DNA of 64,000 nt from Dudresnaya verticillata (Eukaryota). Position numbers and translations under genes: made by a program. This document shows, piece after piece, positions 34,839-44,888 of the stretch (position 1 is the stretch's first letter; each line of letters starts with the position of its first letter). The stretch is from assembly GCA_977862235.1 (NCBI GenBank), contig OZ374560.1, forward strand, positions 2,852,001 to 2,916,000, written 5' to 3'. The notes under the pieces were generated by a model that made no database searches, had not been told where the DNA came from, and saw only the letters and a program-made list of their open reading frames with translations.

Positions 34839-37112
34839 TTGGACACTGACGCATGTGACCACCAAGTCGGCTGTGTCCTTCTGCAGAAACAACCGAATGG
34901 CGATCACCTCCCTATTGGATATTGGAGCCGAAGCCTCACCGATGCGGAGAAAAATTATACGACAACCGAAAAGGAATGCTTAGCCGTGGTCTGGAGCATG
35001 TTAACACTCCGACCCTACCTTTACGGTGACAAGTTTATTCTCCGAACAGATCACGATGCCCTGCGGTGGATCCTGAACCTCGCAGACTCATCTGGCCGCC
35101 TAGCCAGGTGGAGGCTCCGCCTATCGGAATTTGAATTCGAGGTGCAATACCGTCCTGGAATTAAGCATCAACTCGCCGATGGGATGTCGCGACTCCGAAC
35201 GGATGGCGGTGACGATAGACCTTTAGATGAAGAAATACCTTGCTTCGTCGCCGAAAACACCGTCGACGGATTATATGAGCATGGAGTATATTTAATCGAT
35301 TGGGCCACATCACAAGAAACCGCTACGGAAAATAACGTAATATGCGCCGTGGAGTCCGCCAGTGGGAGCGCATCCGCCTCCCCTGACAAGCCCGACGCAA
35401 TACCGTCACGGTTTACTGTAATCCAAGAATCCGACGTTAAGGATGAGACAATTACCAGGGAGGAGTTCCTCGAAGCGCAAGCCGGAGACCCTTTCTGTCG
35501 CCTCAAAGCCGATACGGTAGGCTCCCCTGGATCACAGTTTGACTATGACCGTAACGGATTCCTGGTGCGCAAGTCCCAACTGGATGGCGCCCTACAGAAG
35601 GTGGTGCCAAGTGAACTCCGTGGACGGGTCTTGTATTTATCCCACTACACCCTGATGTCGGGTCACCCAGGCGGAATTAAGATGTATTATACACTCCGAC
35701 AGGATTATTATTGGCCTCATATGGCCAACGATGTCTTTGAATCCGTTCGGACATGTCGCTCCTGCGCGAAGACAAAGGGAACCCGCTTTCGGAATCAAAG
35801 GTTTATGAAGCTTTTCCCCGCTAGCGGACCTTTGGAGTTCGTCGCTATCGACAGTCTCGGGCCACTTCCGGAGACCAAACGGGGTTATTTCTACGTCTTG
35901 GTAATTACCGATCGGTTCTCTAAGATGACGCACTGTATCCCGTTACGGACGACAACAGCCGTTGTGGTGGCTAACGCCTTTCTGGACTTTTGGGTGTACG
36001 CCTACGGCGCACCCCAATTTGTCCTAACCGATAACGGACCGCAGTTTACTGCTAAGTTCTTCGACGCGGTGTGTTCCTTACTCGGAGTCAGGCACCTGCT
36101 CACGGCTGCCTATCATCCGCAGACAAATGGACAAGCCGAGCGATTTAATAAGACAATCGCCCAACGGTTGCGCCATTACGTTGAGGATCATCACTCCGAT
36201 TGGGATTTGTACCTGCAACCGTTGACGTATGCGTACAACATGCAGGTACACCGTATTACGGAAACAACGCCATTTGATTTGGTGCTGACACGCCACCCAT
36301 CGGACACTGTTGTACGAGGGGCCCCTGTCGAGCATCAAGAAACCGTTACGGAAGGGCGTATGACCCCGGTGCTACAGAAGCGGAGCACCATGCGCCGTTT
36401 ACGGTACGCGCTCCAGACAGCGCGCACGAAGCAGACAGTGTCTCAGCAAAAAGCCAAGGCACTGTTTGACCGTAAGGTGCGCTTTAGGCCCATAATCCGA
36501 AGCGGAGATCAAGTCTACGTCGACAGGCCGCCTCATAACTTGCGGCCTGCCGAACGCCGTGAACGGGACCGATTGGAAGGCAAGCCGGATGATGTAGGCG
36601 AGGTGGCTCAGGAAATGAAGAAACTCCTTCCGAGAGCCACGGGGCCTTACGAAGTGGAATCCGCAACGGAACATGTTGTTACAATCCGAAAGGAAGGGGT
36701 ATTGATCCCCGTAAGTATTGATCGCATCACAAAGGTCCCGATCGGAGTTGCGGTTCAGCCGGCACCCTTAACAGTGCCGCCTGTCACGCCATCAACCGTC
36801 TACGGAGAAGTAGTGCCACCTCCAGAAGGTACTACAGTAGTACCTCCTCCTGAAGGTATTACCCCCTCCGCGACGGAACCACTGCAAGCCGATACGGAAT
36901 ATGTGATCGACAAGATTGTCGGTCACCGCGACGAACCTACTGGGATGACATACAAAGTCCGCTAGTATGGATACCCTCCGGATCAGGACACCTTTGAGCC
37001 CGCGGAGGAGTTGCCGCAGAATTTCGTCTACCGGTATTGGACGCAAAAGGAAAGGACATCCGCTAAGGGTAAACCACGGCGACGTGCTAATCCAACACGT
37101 CACTCACCGTAA
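34839..37112 (+). pseudogene. pol: pol fragment: RNase H, integrase, chromodomain (premature TAG at 36963-36965)
   Basis: DTDA...YWSRSL...EKECLAVVW...TDH (RNase H); H..GHPG..CRSC; AIDSLGP, TDNGPQF, NGQAERFN (DDE); YVIDKIVGH...YKVR*YGY...DTFEP chromodomain reading on to TAA 37110-37112. Confidence 0.93.
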
Positions 37113-37516
37113 CGGAAAGCTGGAGTGCTGGGGTGTGAGAATACACAACGTTTATCGCAAGCTAAGATCGAGGCATAATGGAAACCGTTAAGGAGGCCTC
37201 GAGCCGTAACTCTAAGAGTTACGTCGACGCCGTTTCGGAGCAGGGGCAACTGTATCTTTCTCGTTGCTCCCCTGGCCCGTTCGTAAGCCAGGTTCCCCAC
37301 TCGGATCCGATTGGAATACGCGCTGCGTAGTGTCTCCCAAGACACGAACCGCACTGTCCATGCGCCGACGCTGACGACGGACCACCGCACGGAGCTGAAT
37401 TACCTGTTCCATCAGCCCCTCCGTTAAGATTAACACTTCCTGAACGGATCCTGGTAACGGGAAGCGCTGCGTACGGCAAATGCCCCGTAGTACCTGTAAC
37501 CCACTTTCCGTAGCGG

Positions 37517-38359
37517 CTAGATGAGCCGGAACCGTAACGGGGGATACTCATCTTCTTGAAATTCTACCTTCGGGGAGATCGACGGCTTACCCCTAACTCC
37601 GGCTTCGAGGGAGTGCTCCGTTGAGGAAACCACCAATACGGACGGTCCCGACTCGGGTGAAGGTACGTCCTTCCGCGGCGGTGGATCCGTGTCCTTCTCT
37701 GGCGAGGCAGTATCGCTCTTCCGTAACGGATCAGGACTTGGCGCTAGAGCCGAGGGCTTGTCTCCAGTTGCCCCAACACTTGGGCGCTTTGCAGCCACTT
37801 CCGATACGGTGATCGACGCCGCATTCCCCGCTGGTGTGGGAGTGGGCGCCAACAGCTGAGCACTTGGCAGGGGCGGTTCAGCGGCGACAGGCATTTGCGT
37901 CGCAGGAGACAATGCCGCCGGCACAGTATCCGGCGCCACTTCCGAAACGGGCTGCTCCTTTGAGACTACCTCCTTGGATGGTGCCGCAAGCTTGGGCACC
38001 GCCATATTCGGCGCAACCACGCCTATGGGCGTTGGGGCCTTATCCGATACGGGAGTAGGAGTCTCACGATCCACATCGCGCGACGTAGGTGTCGCGGCCA
38101 CCGGAAGGATTGGAGCGGGTGTCTTCTCGCTACCCGCTGCCATTGAGGCCACGGGCGTGACCTCCTCCTGTTCTTCCAAGAAGGGGTCAGCCTCTTGCTG
38201 CCTCACCGTAACGGAATCGCGCGGGTCGATTATACGCGAACGCCCCGCTGCCTCCTGAGAGCTCCCCCAATCTTCAGCCCCGTCCAAACCGTCACGGTAC
38301 GCATCCCTTGGTGCTTGGCGAGGAGCATAGCCCCGATGGGCCTGCACCTCTAAAGCCAA
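37517..38359 (-). CDS. Antisense Pro/Ala/Thr-rich ORF inside the Gypsy element, 280 aa
   Basis: Overlaps the end of ORF 38350-39525 by 10 bp; low complexity. Confidence 0.4.
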   Translation of the reverse strand: MALEVQAHRGYAPRQAPRDAYRDGLDGAEDWGSSQEAAGRSRIIDPRDSVTVRQQEADPFLEEQEEVTPVASMAAGSEKTPAPILPVAATPTSRDVDRETPTPVSDKAPTPIGVVAPNMAVPKLAAPSKEVVSKEQPVSEVAPDTVPAALSPATQMPVAAEPPLPSAQLLAPTPTPAGNAASITVSEVAAKRPSVGATGDKPSALAPSPDPLRKSDTASPEKDTDPPPRKDVPSPESGPSVLVVSSTEHSLEAGVRGKPSISPKVEFQEDEYPPLRFRLI

Positions 38360-39525
38360 CCATTCCGGACGCGGATCTTCCCGATGAGGAAATATGGCTC
38401 ACCCACTCCGGGCCTAAGTGGGGGAACCGATAGGACACGGTCCTCGTCCCAATTATACCCCAAGAATCCCAGAGTGCGTTGCCAATCTTGCTCACCGTGT
38501 ACGGATAAAAGAAGCTCAACCCGATGGAGAGGGTATGCCGACCCCGTCACCAAATCGGCTACGCCGACTTCGCGAATCAGGGCGATCACCGTTACGGGAA
38601 GTTGAAAAATACGGCCGCAGTCTCCTCCGGTCAGGTTATCCTCATCCCGTGGGAAGCATCGCCAGTCAGCTAACTTGGTGTTATACCGAACTCCGTAATA
38701 GGCCACCTGGAGGCACGAGAAGAGCACCAGCATGGCCCGTTCCGATCGGAAGATGCGCCACTGTACATCGAGCTGATCTTGATTCGGGGGACGTTCTCCG
38801 TTCGGATGCTTGTCGTTCCACTCCCGTTCGGTGAGTAAGTCCGCCAAGAAGTACGCTACGACGGACGGCGTGGGGACAGACAACCAACGGGTCACCTCAT
38901 AACGCGCCCACCATGACGGAGCTGTAAGGTACAATTCACGACGCACCCGATACGGAAGATGGAAGAACTCCTTAGTGTTCCAAGTATGTAGGATTGGCGA
39001 GCCAACCTGTATTCCGTCACGGGAACGAGTTCGCAAACGGTGTTCCGTCGCGGCATCGTCCTTCCACCCATCGGCATAGCGGAACCAATATACCGATTGG
39101 TCATAGGGGCGGTCGAAGCAAATGAATTGCACTCCGACCGGCGCACCCCGAAGACGGAAACCTGTGGCCAACAGGTGACTCACCTTGGCGGTATATCCTG
39201 CCTCCCCATGGCAGCGATACCACAACAAATCCGAAACGGTAGAGGTCCTCGCTTGACAATAGCCATGCACCCATCGGCTTTGCCACACAAACTCTCTCCG
39301 ATTCGGAACAACGCCAATGCGTTGATTCGCCTTGAAGGGTTGCGCCATGACGGCCTTGTACCTTCTCGCTTCCAAGACGGTTGGATACTTCTCAATGAAG
39401 AGGTCCACCGTCATCGGGGGCCTAATCTTAGCCCTTTCCGCATCGTTTCTAGCCGGGCGCCCCGCGCGAATGGTCAAAATGGTGTCCCGGCCAATAACCA
39501 CTCGGGGCAGGGCCCTCTCCGTCAC
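38350..39525 (-). CDS. Antisense ORF inside the Gypsy element, 391 aa, Trp/Tyr-rich, function unknown
   Basis: Long ORF with globular-looking composition between pol and PPT. The Pro/Ala-rich ORFs 37517-38359 and 39449-40345 overlap its ends and may be frameshifted parts of one gene. Confidence 0.5.
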   Translation of the reverse strand: MTERALPRVVIGRDTILTIRAGRPARNDAERAKIRPPMTVDLFIEKYPTVLEARRYKAVMAQPFKANQRIGVVPNRREFVWQSRWVHGYCQARTSTVSDLLWYRCHGEAGYTAKVSHLLATGFRLRGAPVGVQFICFDRPYDQSVYWFRYADGWKDDAATEHRLRTRSRDGIQVGSPILHTWNTKEFFHLPYRVRRELYLTAPSWWARYEVTRWLSVPTPSVVAYFLADLLTEREWNDKHPNGERPPNQDQLDVQWRIFRSERAMLVLFSCLQVAYYGVRYNTKLADWRCFPRDEDNLTGGDCGRIFQLPVTVIALIREVGVADLVTGSAYPLHRVELLLSVHGEQDWQRTLGFLGYNWDEDRVLSVPPLRPGVGEPYFLIGKIRVRNGWL

Positions 39526-40189
39526 GGGTATGCACTAACGGCCACCAAGGCCCCGGTGCAAGTGGGTTGCTTTGCGGGGGGCCACGCATCCGTCGCGGTG
39601 CAATTGAGGAAGGATGAGGACTGGAAGCCATCCTACCACTCGGCGTCGATACCGGTGTCGATGGTGTCCGTAACGGAATGGCCGGTAGGTCTGCCAAGTT
39701 GAGCTCCTCGCCACCACGACGGAACGCATCATCGTGCTCCTTGGTTGGAGCCTCTCCGTCACGGTGGGTCGCTGAATTCCCTGGTAAAACGGTCCTTGTG
39801 GCTGCGCTCGCAGCAAACCGATTCGGATCATAGACCGACCACCCTCGGCTCGCTGATGGAGCCGGTGAAGGTTCCGTCACGGTAATGTTCGTACGATCGC
39901 CCGTCGCGGGTCGCGTCGCTGCCGCCGAGGAAGAAGCCGGCGCTTGCGTCGAAGCATCCGTAACGGTTCGCGCGCCCTGCGCCCCAGTCGTGGAAAAGCA
40001 GCGCGGGAACGCCTTGTCGGTTGAAAGGGCGACGGTGAGCGCTTGGTCTTCTCCCCTGACATGGTGGGAGAAGCGCGCAAAAAGGGGAAGGGGTTGATGA
40101 GGACACTTCCGTATCGGTGTGTGTGTGTCCGTGGGTGAAGCAGCGATGGTAATCCGTGACGATGGGCGCCCGAGGACGTGGCGCCATTT

Positions 40190-40199
40190 AAGAAGGGGG
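40190..40199 (+). other. Polypurine tract
   Basis: AAGAAGGGGG two bases before the TG that opens the LTR. Confidence 0.85.
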
Positions 40200-40201
40200 T
40201 C

Positions 40202-40896
40202 TGTGGTGAAGTGAGCCGTGGCGCGCACGCGGCACGCCGACGGCGAGCCAACCGTAACGGATGATGTGGCAATACGCAACGCTGATGATCTGGCAACGTG
40301 TAACCGTGTCGGATGTTGTGCGCATTGCTGTACGCCGGTACGCATTGCTGTGCGCCGGTACGCATTGCTGTACAGCAGTGAAGCGCACCAACCATACCGG
40401 AGTATTTGTAGTGTTTATTCTTTATTTTTAGTGAGTATCTGTACAGTATGTAGAGTAGTGCGCCAGCCAATGAGAATGCTGCGCATGTCCGTGTCGGAGA
40501 TTGGGACCAGCAGGGCCGATTCCACCATAGGACCAGACCACTAGGGTCTGGCCCCCACGGGCCGGACCGATCGGTGCCACCCTGACTTGTATATCAGGGC
40601 GGCACCGCAGCGGCTCCTAAGGTAAACGGGTAAGCAACATTAGCCCAATCCTTTACGGTTTTCCCCGCGCCGAGCCCGTTGCGGTCTACCACCACCACCG
40701 TTACGGAGTCCGTCCCGGCACTTGTACCACCCCCTTGTCTGTTGCTTCCCAATATCCGTCTCGGTTAGCCGCTCGCTGTTCTCCCGTCTCGGTGCGAACT
40801 GCTCTACCACCCCGTGGAGGTAGTGTTGCTCTCGTCCGTTAAGGAAAGTCAGGCCAGCTGTCCGTCTCGGAGTTCGTGGGTTTTCACTACACCACA
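40202..40896 (+). repeat. 3' LTR (695 bp)
   Basis: Starts TGTGGTGAAGTGA, ends TCACTACACCACA (13-bp inverted termini, 1 mismatch, TG...CA); contains a 20-bp tandem repeat at 40321-40372. Confidence 0.85.
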
Positions 40897-43800
40897 ACTG
40901 CGCGTCGATGATATTATAACCACGTCGCTGTCCGACCCTTGCATAGCATCAACTGTTCCAACTGTCACATTGAAGTTCTTAAACTGCGTCATGAAATCCC
41001 TCGACAGATTAGTCTGGAGAAGCATCACCTGCGAACGGTATGGAGCCAGAACAGCAACTTCCACAACCTCTTCCATTTCCCCATTTCGCGCTTGCACGCT
41101 CGCGATCCTCCGCAGCAGTGATTCCACAATCCAGCTCTCAAGGTCATTGACAAAGCTTCCTTTTCCGCGCTGCAGACGCTCGAATCGGTCTCTACAAGCA
41201 GAGGTGTCGACAATTGTGAATGGAGAGAAGGCGTCTCTGTCATTTTCCTTCTCATTATAGTAAGCCAAGTGACGGGGAAGAACATCCGGGTGCTGGACAA
41301 GCTCACCATAGAATGGCACACTGTGTAGTTTTCCTATTCCGCGATGTGAGCGGTACTGTTTGCGAAGCATCGTTCCGCTGCAGCGCCGCTTTTCGACCAA
41401 CCTTTCAAACAAAGACCGTATCTGATTCTTGTAATGGGCTTGGTGGTTGCCGTTAGATTGTAGGACGCTCATCGCATGCTTCGACTTGAGAACCGGGGCA
41501 GCTGCTGGTGGTCACCTGCAAAGCAGAAATGGTTCACGTCGGAACGATTTTCAACGGAACTCAATGGTATCAGACTCTCCGGCTCAAATACACTCCCCGC
41601 TTCAGCACAAATTACCATATCAAACTTGGCTTGCATCGCCCGGAACGTCCCGCTCCCAACCAAACTATTCGTCGCTAGGTACACGAGAGAATTCTGAATA
41701 GCTTCCTTACGCGCTCGAGAAGAAGGCTTTTCCGGTTTTGGAACTGTGGAGTCCAGCTGCTGAACTTCCTGCCTACCTTCCAGCTCGTACTTCATTGCAC
41801 GTTCCCGAAGAGACTGCGACCATAAGTCCTTGAAGTCGTATTTGTGTCTGGCTATTCGTACCAATTCTGGAACTAGGTTTTCTTCCCCGATACCTTTCAA
41901 CAACCGGCGCGCAACATTGTCGACTGCCTGATTGCTGGAGGCCGTGACCAAGATACGCATTCCTCCTCCTTTCTGCGACCCAGGACAATTGACTTTAACC
42001 ACGTTTCTTCCATCTTCCTCTTCAATCTTCTTTGACCCCGCAATAAGGTGTCCTTTCACGGAGTGATGCAACAGCGCCATGATTAAGACACACAAGCTAG
42101 TCGTTTTTCCGGTTCCTGGAGGCCCATGAATATAACTCGCGGAATTGGAGCCCTTCTCACAGCCCCCAATGCGTCGCAAACAACTCAGAACAGCCTTCCT
42201 CTGCGAAACATTGTACTCCGACTCGGATAACGTGTCGAGGAATGCAAGCCATCCTGTATCAACACCGTTCCTGAGGGCTTCCATAGGAGTCTCAAGGTCT
42301 GTGGGTATCGCGTTTGAAGAGTCAACATCACCAAACAGAATATTATGAAGTCCCAGCGGGAGATTTGCGACGTAGTGAATACCGCGCAGCATTCTCTGAG
42401 GCAATACCATTATGGAGAAGGGTCGCAGGTAAAGGTGGTCATCCTCCTTCGGATCCCAACCGGTGAGGAGCATTCTACTCCCACATACTCTGACCATGAC
42501 CTCATCGATCTTGCGTCGTAATCCAACTTCATCCAAGTCCTCGCGTTCAAAGTGCACGCTGCGGATCAAGAATATTGCTACCGGCGAGTCTGGTCTCTTC
42601 GGTAGCTGCAAATCGCGATACGAATAGTCTTTGAAGAAACCGACGCAAGCTGTCATTCCGGTGAGCGACCGCACAATCTGCTCGTTGAGCTTCGGATCGT
42701 GGCTCTCGCAATTGAATTTCATCAGCAGAGCGGATGGCGTGACTTTTCCAACCCTCATCATAATCAAATTCGGGCAGCGAAGATCTGTCGCTTTGCGTAC
42801 GAGAAAATCCGCTCGTTGCACCAGTGTCAACCTAGGACGCCTAGCTCCGGCCTTCGGAATGCTGAACTCCTTGATAAGGTTAGCCTGCAAGCAATACTTC
42901 GCCTCCATATTCACCACAGCCGTCCAGTGATTGGAATAGCTCCTCGCATCCCTGAGTTTGGAATAGTCTGGCTCTATATGTTGGTGGTTCCACTGCGTGA
43001 ATACCTCTAGCCACTCCAAATGCTCTTCATCCAGGAGGCTACCTGCCGTTTTCGAACGCTCTTCAGACTTGTGATTACTCCACAACCCTTGTATGAGACT
43101 GGAATCAATCTCGTGGCTTGTGACGGTGGCATAGAAAATCTCATTCTCCACATCTAAAGACTTTCCTGCCTCCAAACGTTGCTGGGCAGTCACGGTGCGC
43201 ATCTCCTGTTCGAGTTTCTGTTCCGGGGACATCTGAATAGCATCCTCATTGTCGGAGTCAGGATAATCCAAATCGTAGCGCTCCTCGTGAGGACCGAGCC
43301 CAACGAGAACGTGGCGCATCGCCTGAGTGTCTAGACCGTGCTTGAACTGCATCTGGTAGGGCTTCAAATCAGTACGCCTCTTCTGACGAGCCGGACCCTG
43401 TCGAAATGCAGTCCTGCCGGATGCTGCCGGAGCGCCAGCAGCATCGGGAAGATCAGGCGATGGAGTAACCACAGGAGACGCACGAGAAGCAGTAACACGA
43501 GGCGTCGGAGTTTGGGATGGCGTCGGAATCCCTGAAGATATCGGTGGCGGGGGGCTATCGACGGCAGGACTCGACAATGCGCCGTGAGGTTTCCGTCCTT
43601 GGTTGACAACATTGCTATTCCTTGGTGTCCATCCCAACCTCTCCAGAGCCCCGGGACTGTCCGTAGTTGGAGCAGCGACAGCGGCAGACGCAGGCGATGT
43701 ACCATTGGCCGCGGCAGAGACAGGAATATTTCGTTGAATCTCATCCTCGTCATCCCGCGATCGCTTGCGGATATCCGCGGTAACATCAACGACTTCGGTC

Positions 43801-44888
43801 GTCTCCCTAACCTGGCTAGGCTCGTTGAGGTCAATAATCGGAATATCGATGGAGGAAATGCCCCTCGGAGCAGGCTGCCCTTTCTGCATATTCTCCCGTG
43901 AGTTCCTGGAACTGCTCAGGCGTGCCCGAGAACGAAGAAAAGAGAGGCTATTCCCAGGATTATCCACTCCACAATTGAGTCTTGCCCACACCTGTTGCAC
44001 AGCATAGTTATTGTGTTTCTTCTCTTCCCGAGACATGAGAAGACGTCCCGGAATCTTCCGGACATCTGCCAGCGTTGCATCATTACGAATAGCATCGTCC
44101 AGTACCTTGGGCTTGAAAATTCCCTTGAACGCATCGTTTCCAGCTTCTTTTCCATCATCTGGACATCCGTTCACCTCTTCGACCAACTTTCTGAATACAC
44201 GCGAGAGACTGTTCCTGACTCGAGGCGACGCCCCTTCTAGAGACATGAACTGATTCGCGCTATGACCAGAACAAACCAGCATCCAAACCGCAACCTCCTG
44301 GATGAGGTGTTTGCACCAGTGCGGAAGGCATTTCCTTACATCTTCAGCGGTCACAAGTTCCCCTTCGCTGTTGTGTAGAATCTGAGCAAGACTCTCTGTA
44401 TGCAATAGCATACACGTCTCGGCTATTCTCCATCCCTCAACCATCGACTGATACAGAAACGAAGAGTCTTCTTGTGACGACATCATACGGGAGCCCCATG
44501 AAGCAGCTAGGTATGTCTCGAACATGCCAACCATCGGAGCGAAGCCAACTTCGCAACCATTGCTTCCCGAGTGATGCTTTCCGAACCAACCACACAACGT
44601 ACCCGCCAGCGTCACAAACCTGAGAAATGTCATGCAGCAGATCTTGCGCGCTTCCTCCGAATACCTCGAAGCGATGTCTGCGACTGTGCGAGTCTCTCCC
44701 GAATAGTTGACTAGTCCTGGGCGATCAAACGCGTCGATGAACTCCAGTGAGAACGCATCTTGCGCATCGAACGGGCGAGATGCCGCTTTGGTCCACTCGC
44801 TTTCCTTCAGAACTCGGAAAGCTGAGTTGGCTTGAAGATACCCTTTCACTTTGTTGCTCCAGACTGATGAACCCTGGGAAGACTCCAT
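40897..44888 (-). pseudogene. Upf1/Sen1/DNA2-like superfamily 1 helicase, paralog A (disrupted)
   Basis: SQRKAV, HGPPGTGKTT, ASSNQAVDN, degenerate Walker B ICAEAG, GDHQQLP (1-bp frameshift in G4 run 41495-41498), SLFERL, QYRSH, APYRSQ, TVDAMQGSDSDVVIISSTRS, then cut by the LTR before motif VI. Confidence 0.88.

Larger units (their letters stand above)
34805..40896 (+). mobile_element. 5'-truncated Ty3/Gypsy chromovirus-type LTR retrotransposon
   Basis: RNase H-integrase-chromodomain order, then antisense ORFs, PPT and 3' LTR; gag, protease, RT and 5' LTR are absent. Confidence 0.92.

Noticed and set aside
36963..36965. Programmed stop read-through into the chromodomain
   Set aside because: TAG replaces the conserved Trp (TGG) in an already truncated element; simple decay is more parsimonious.
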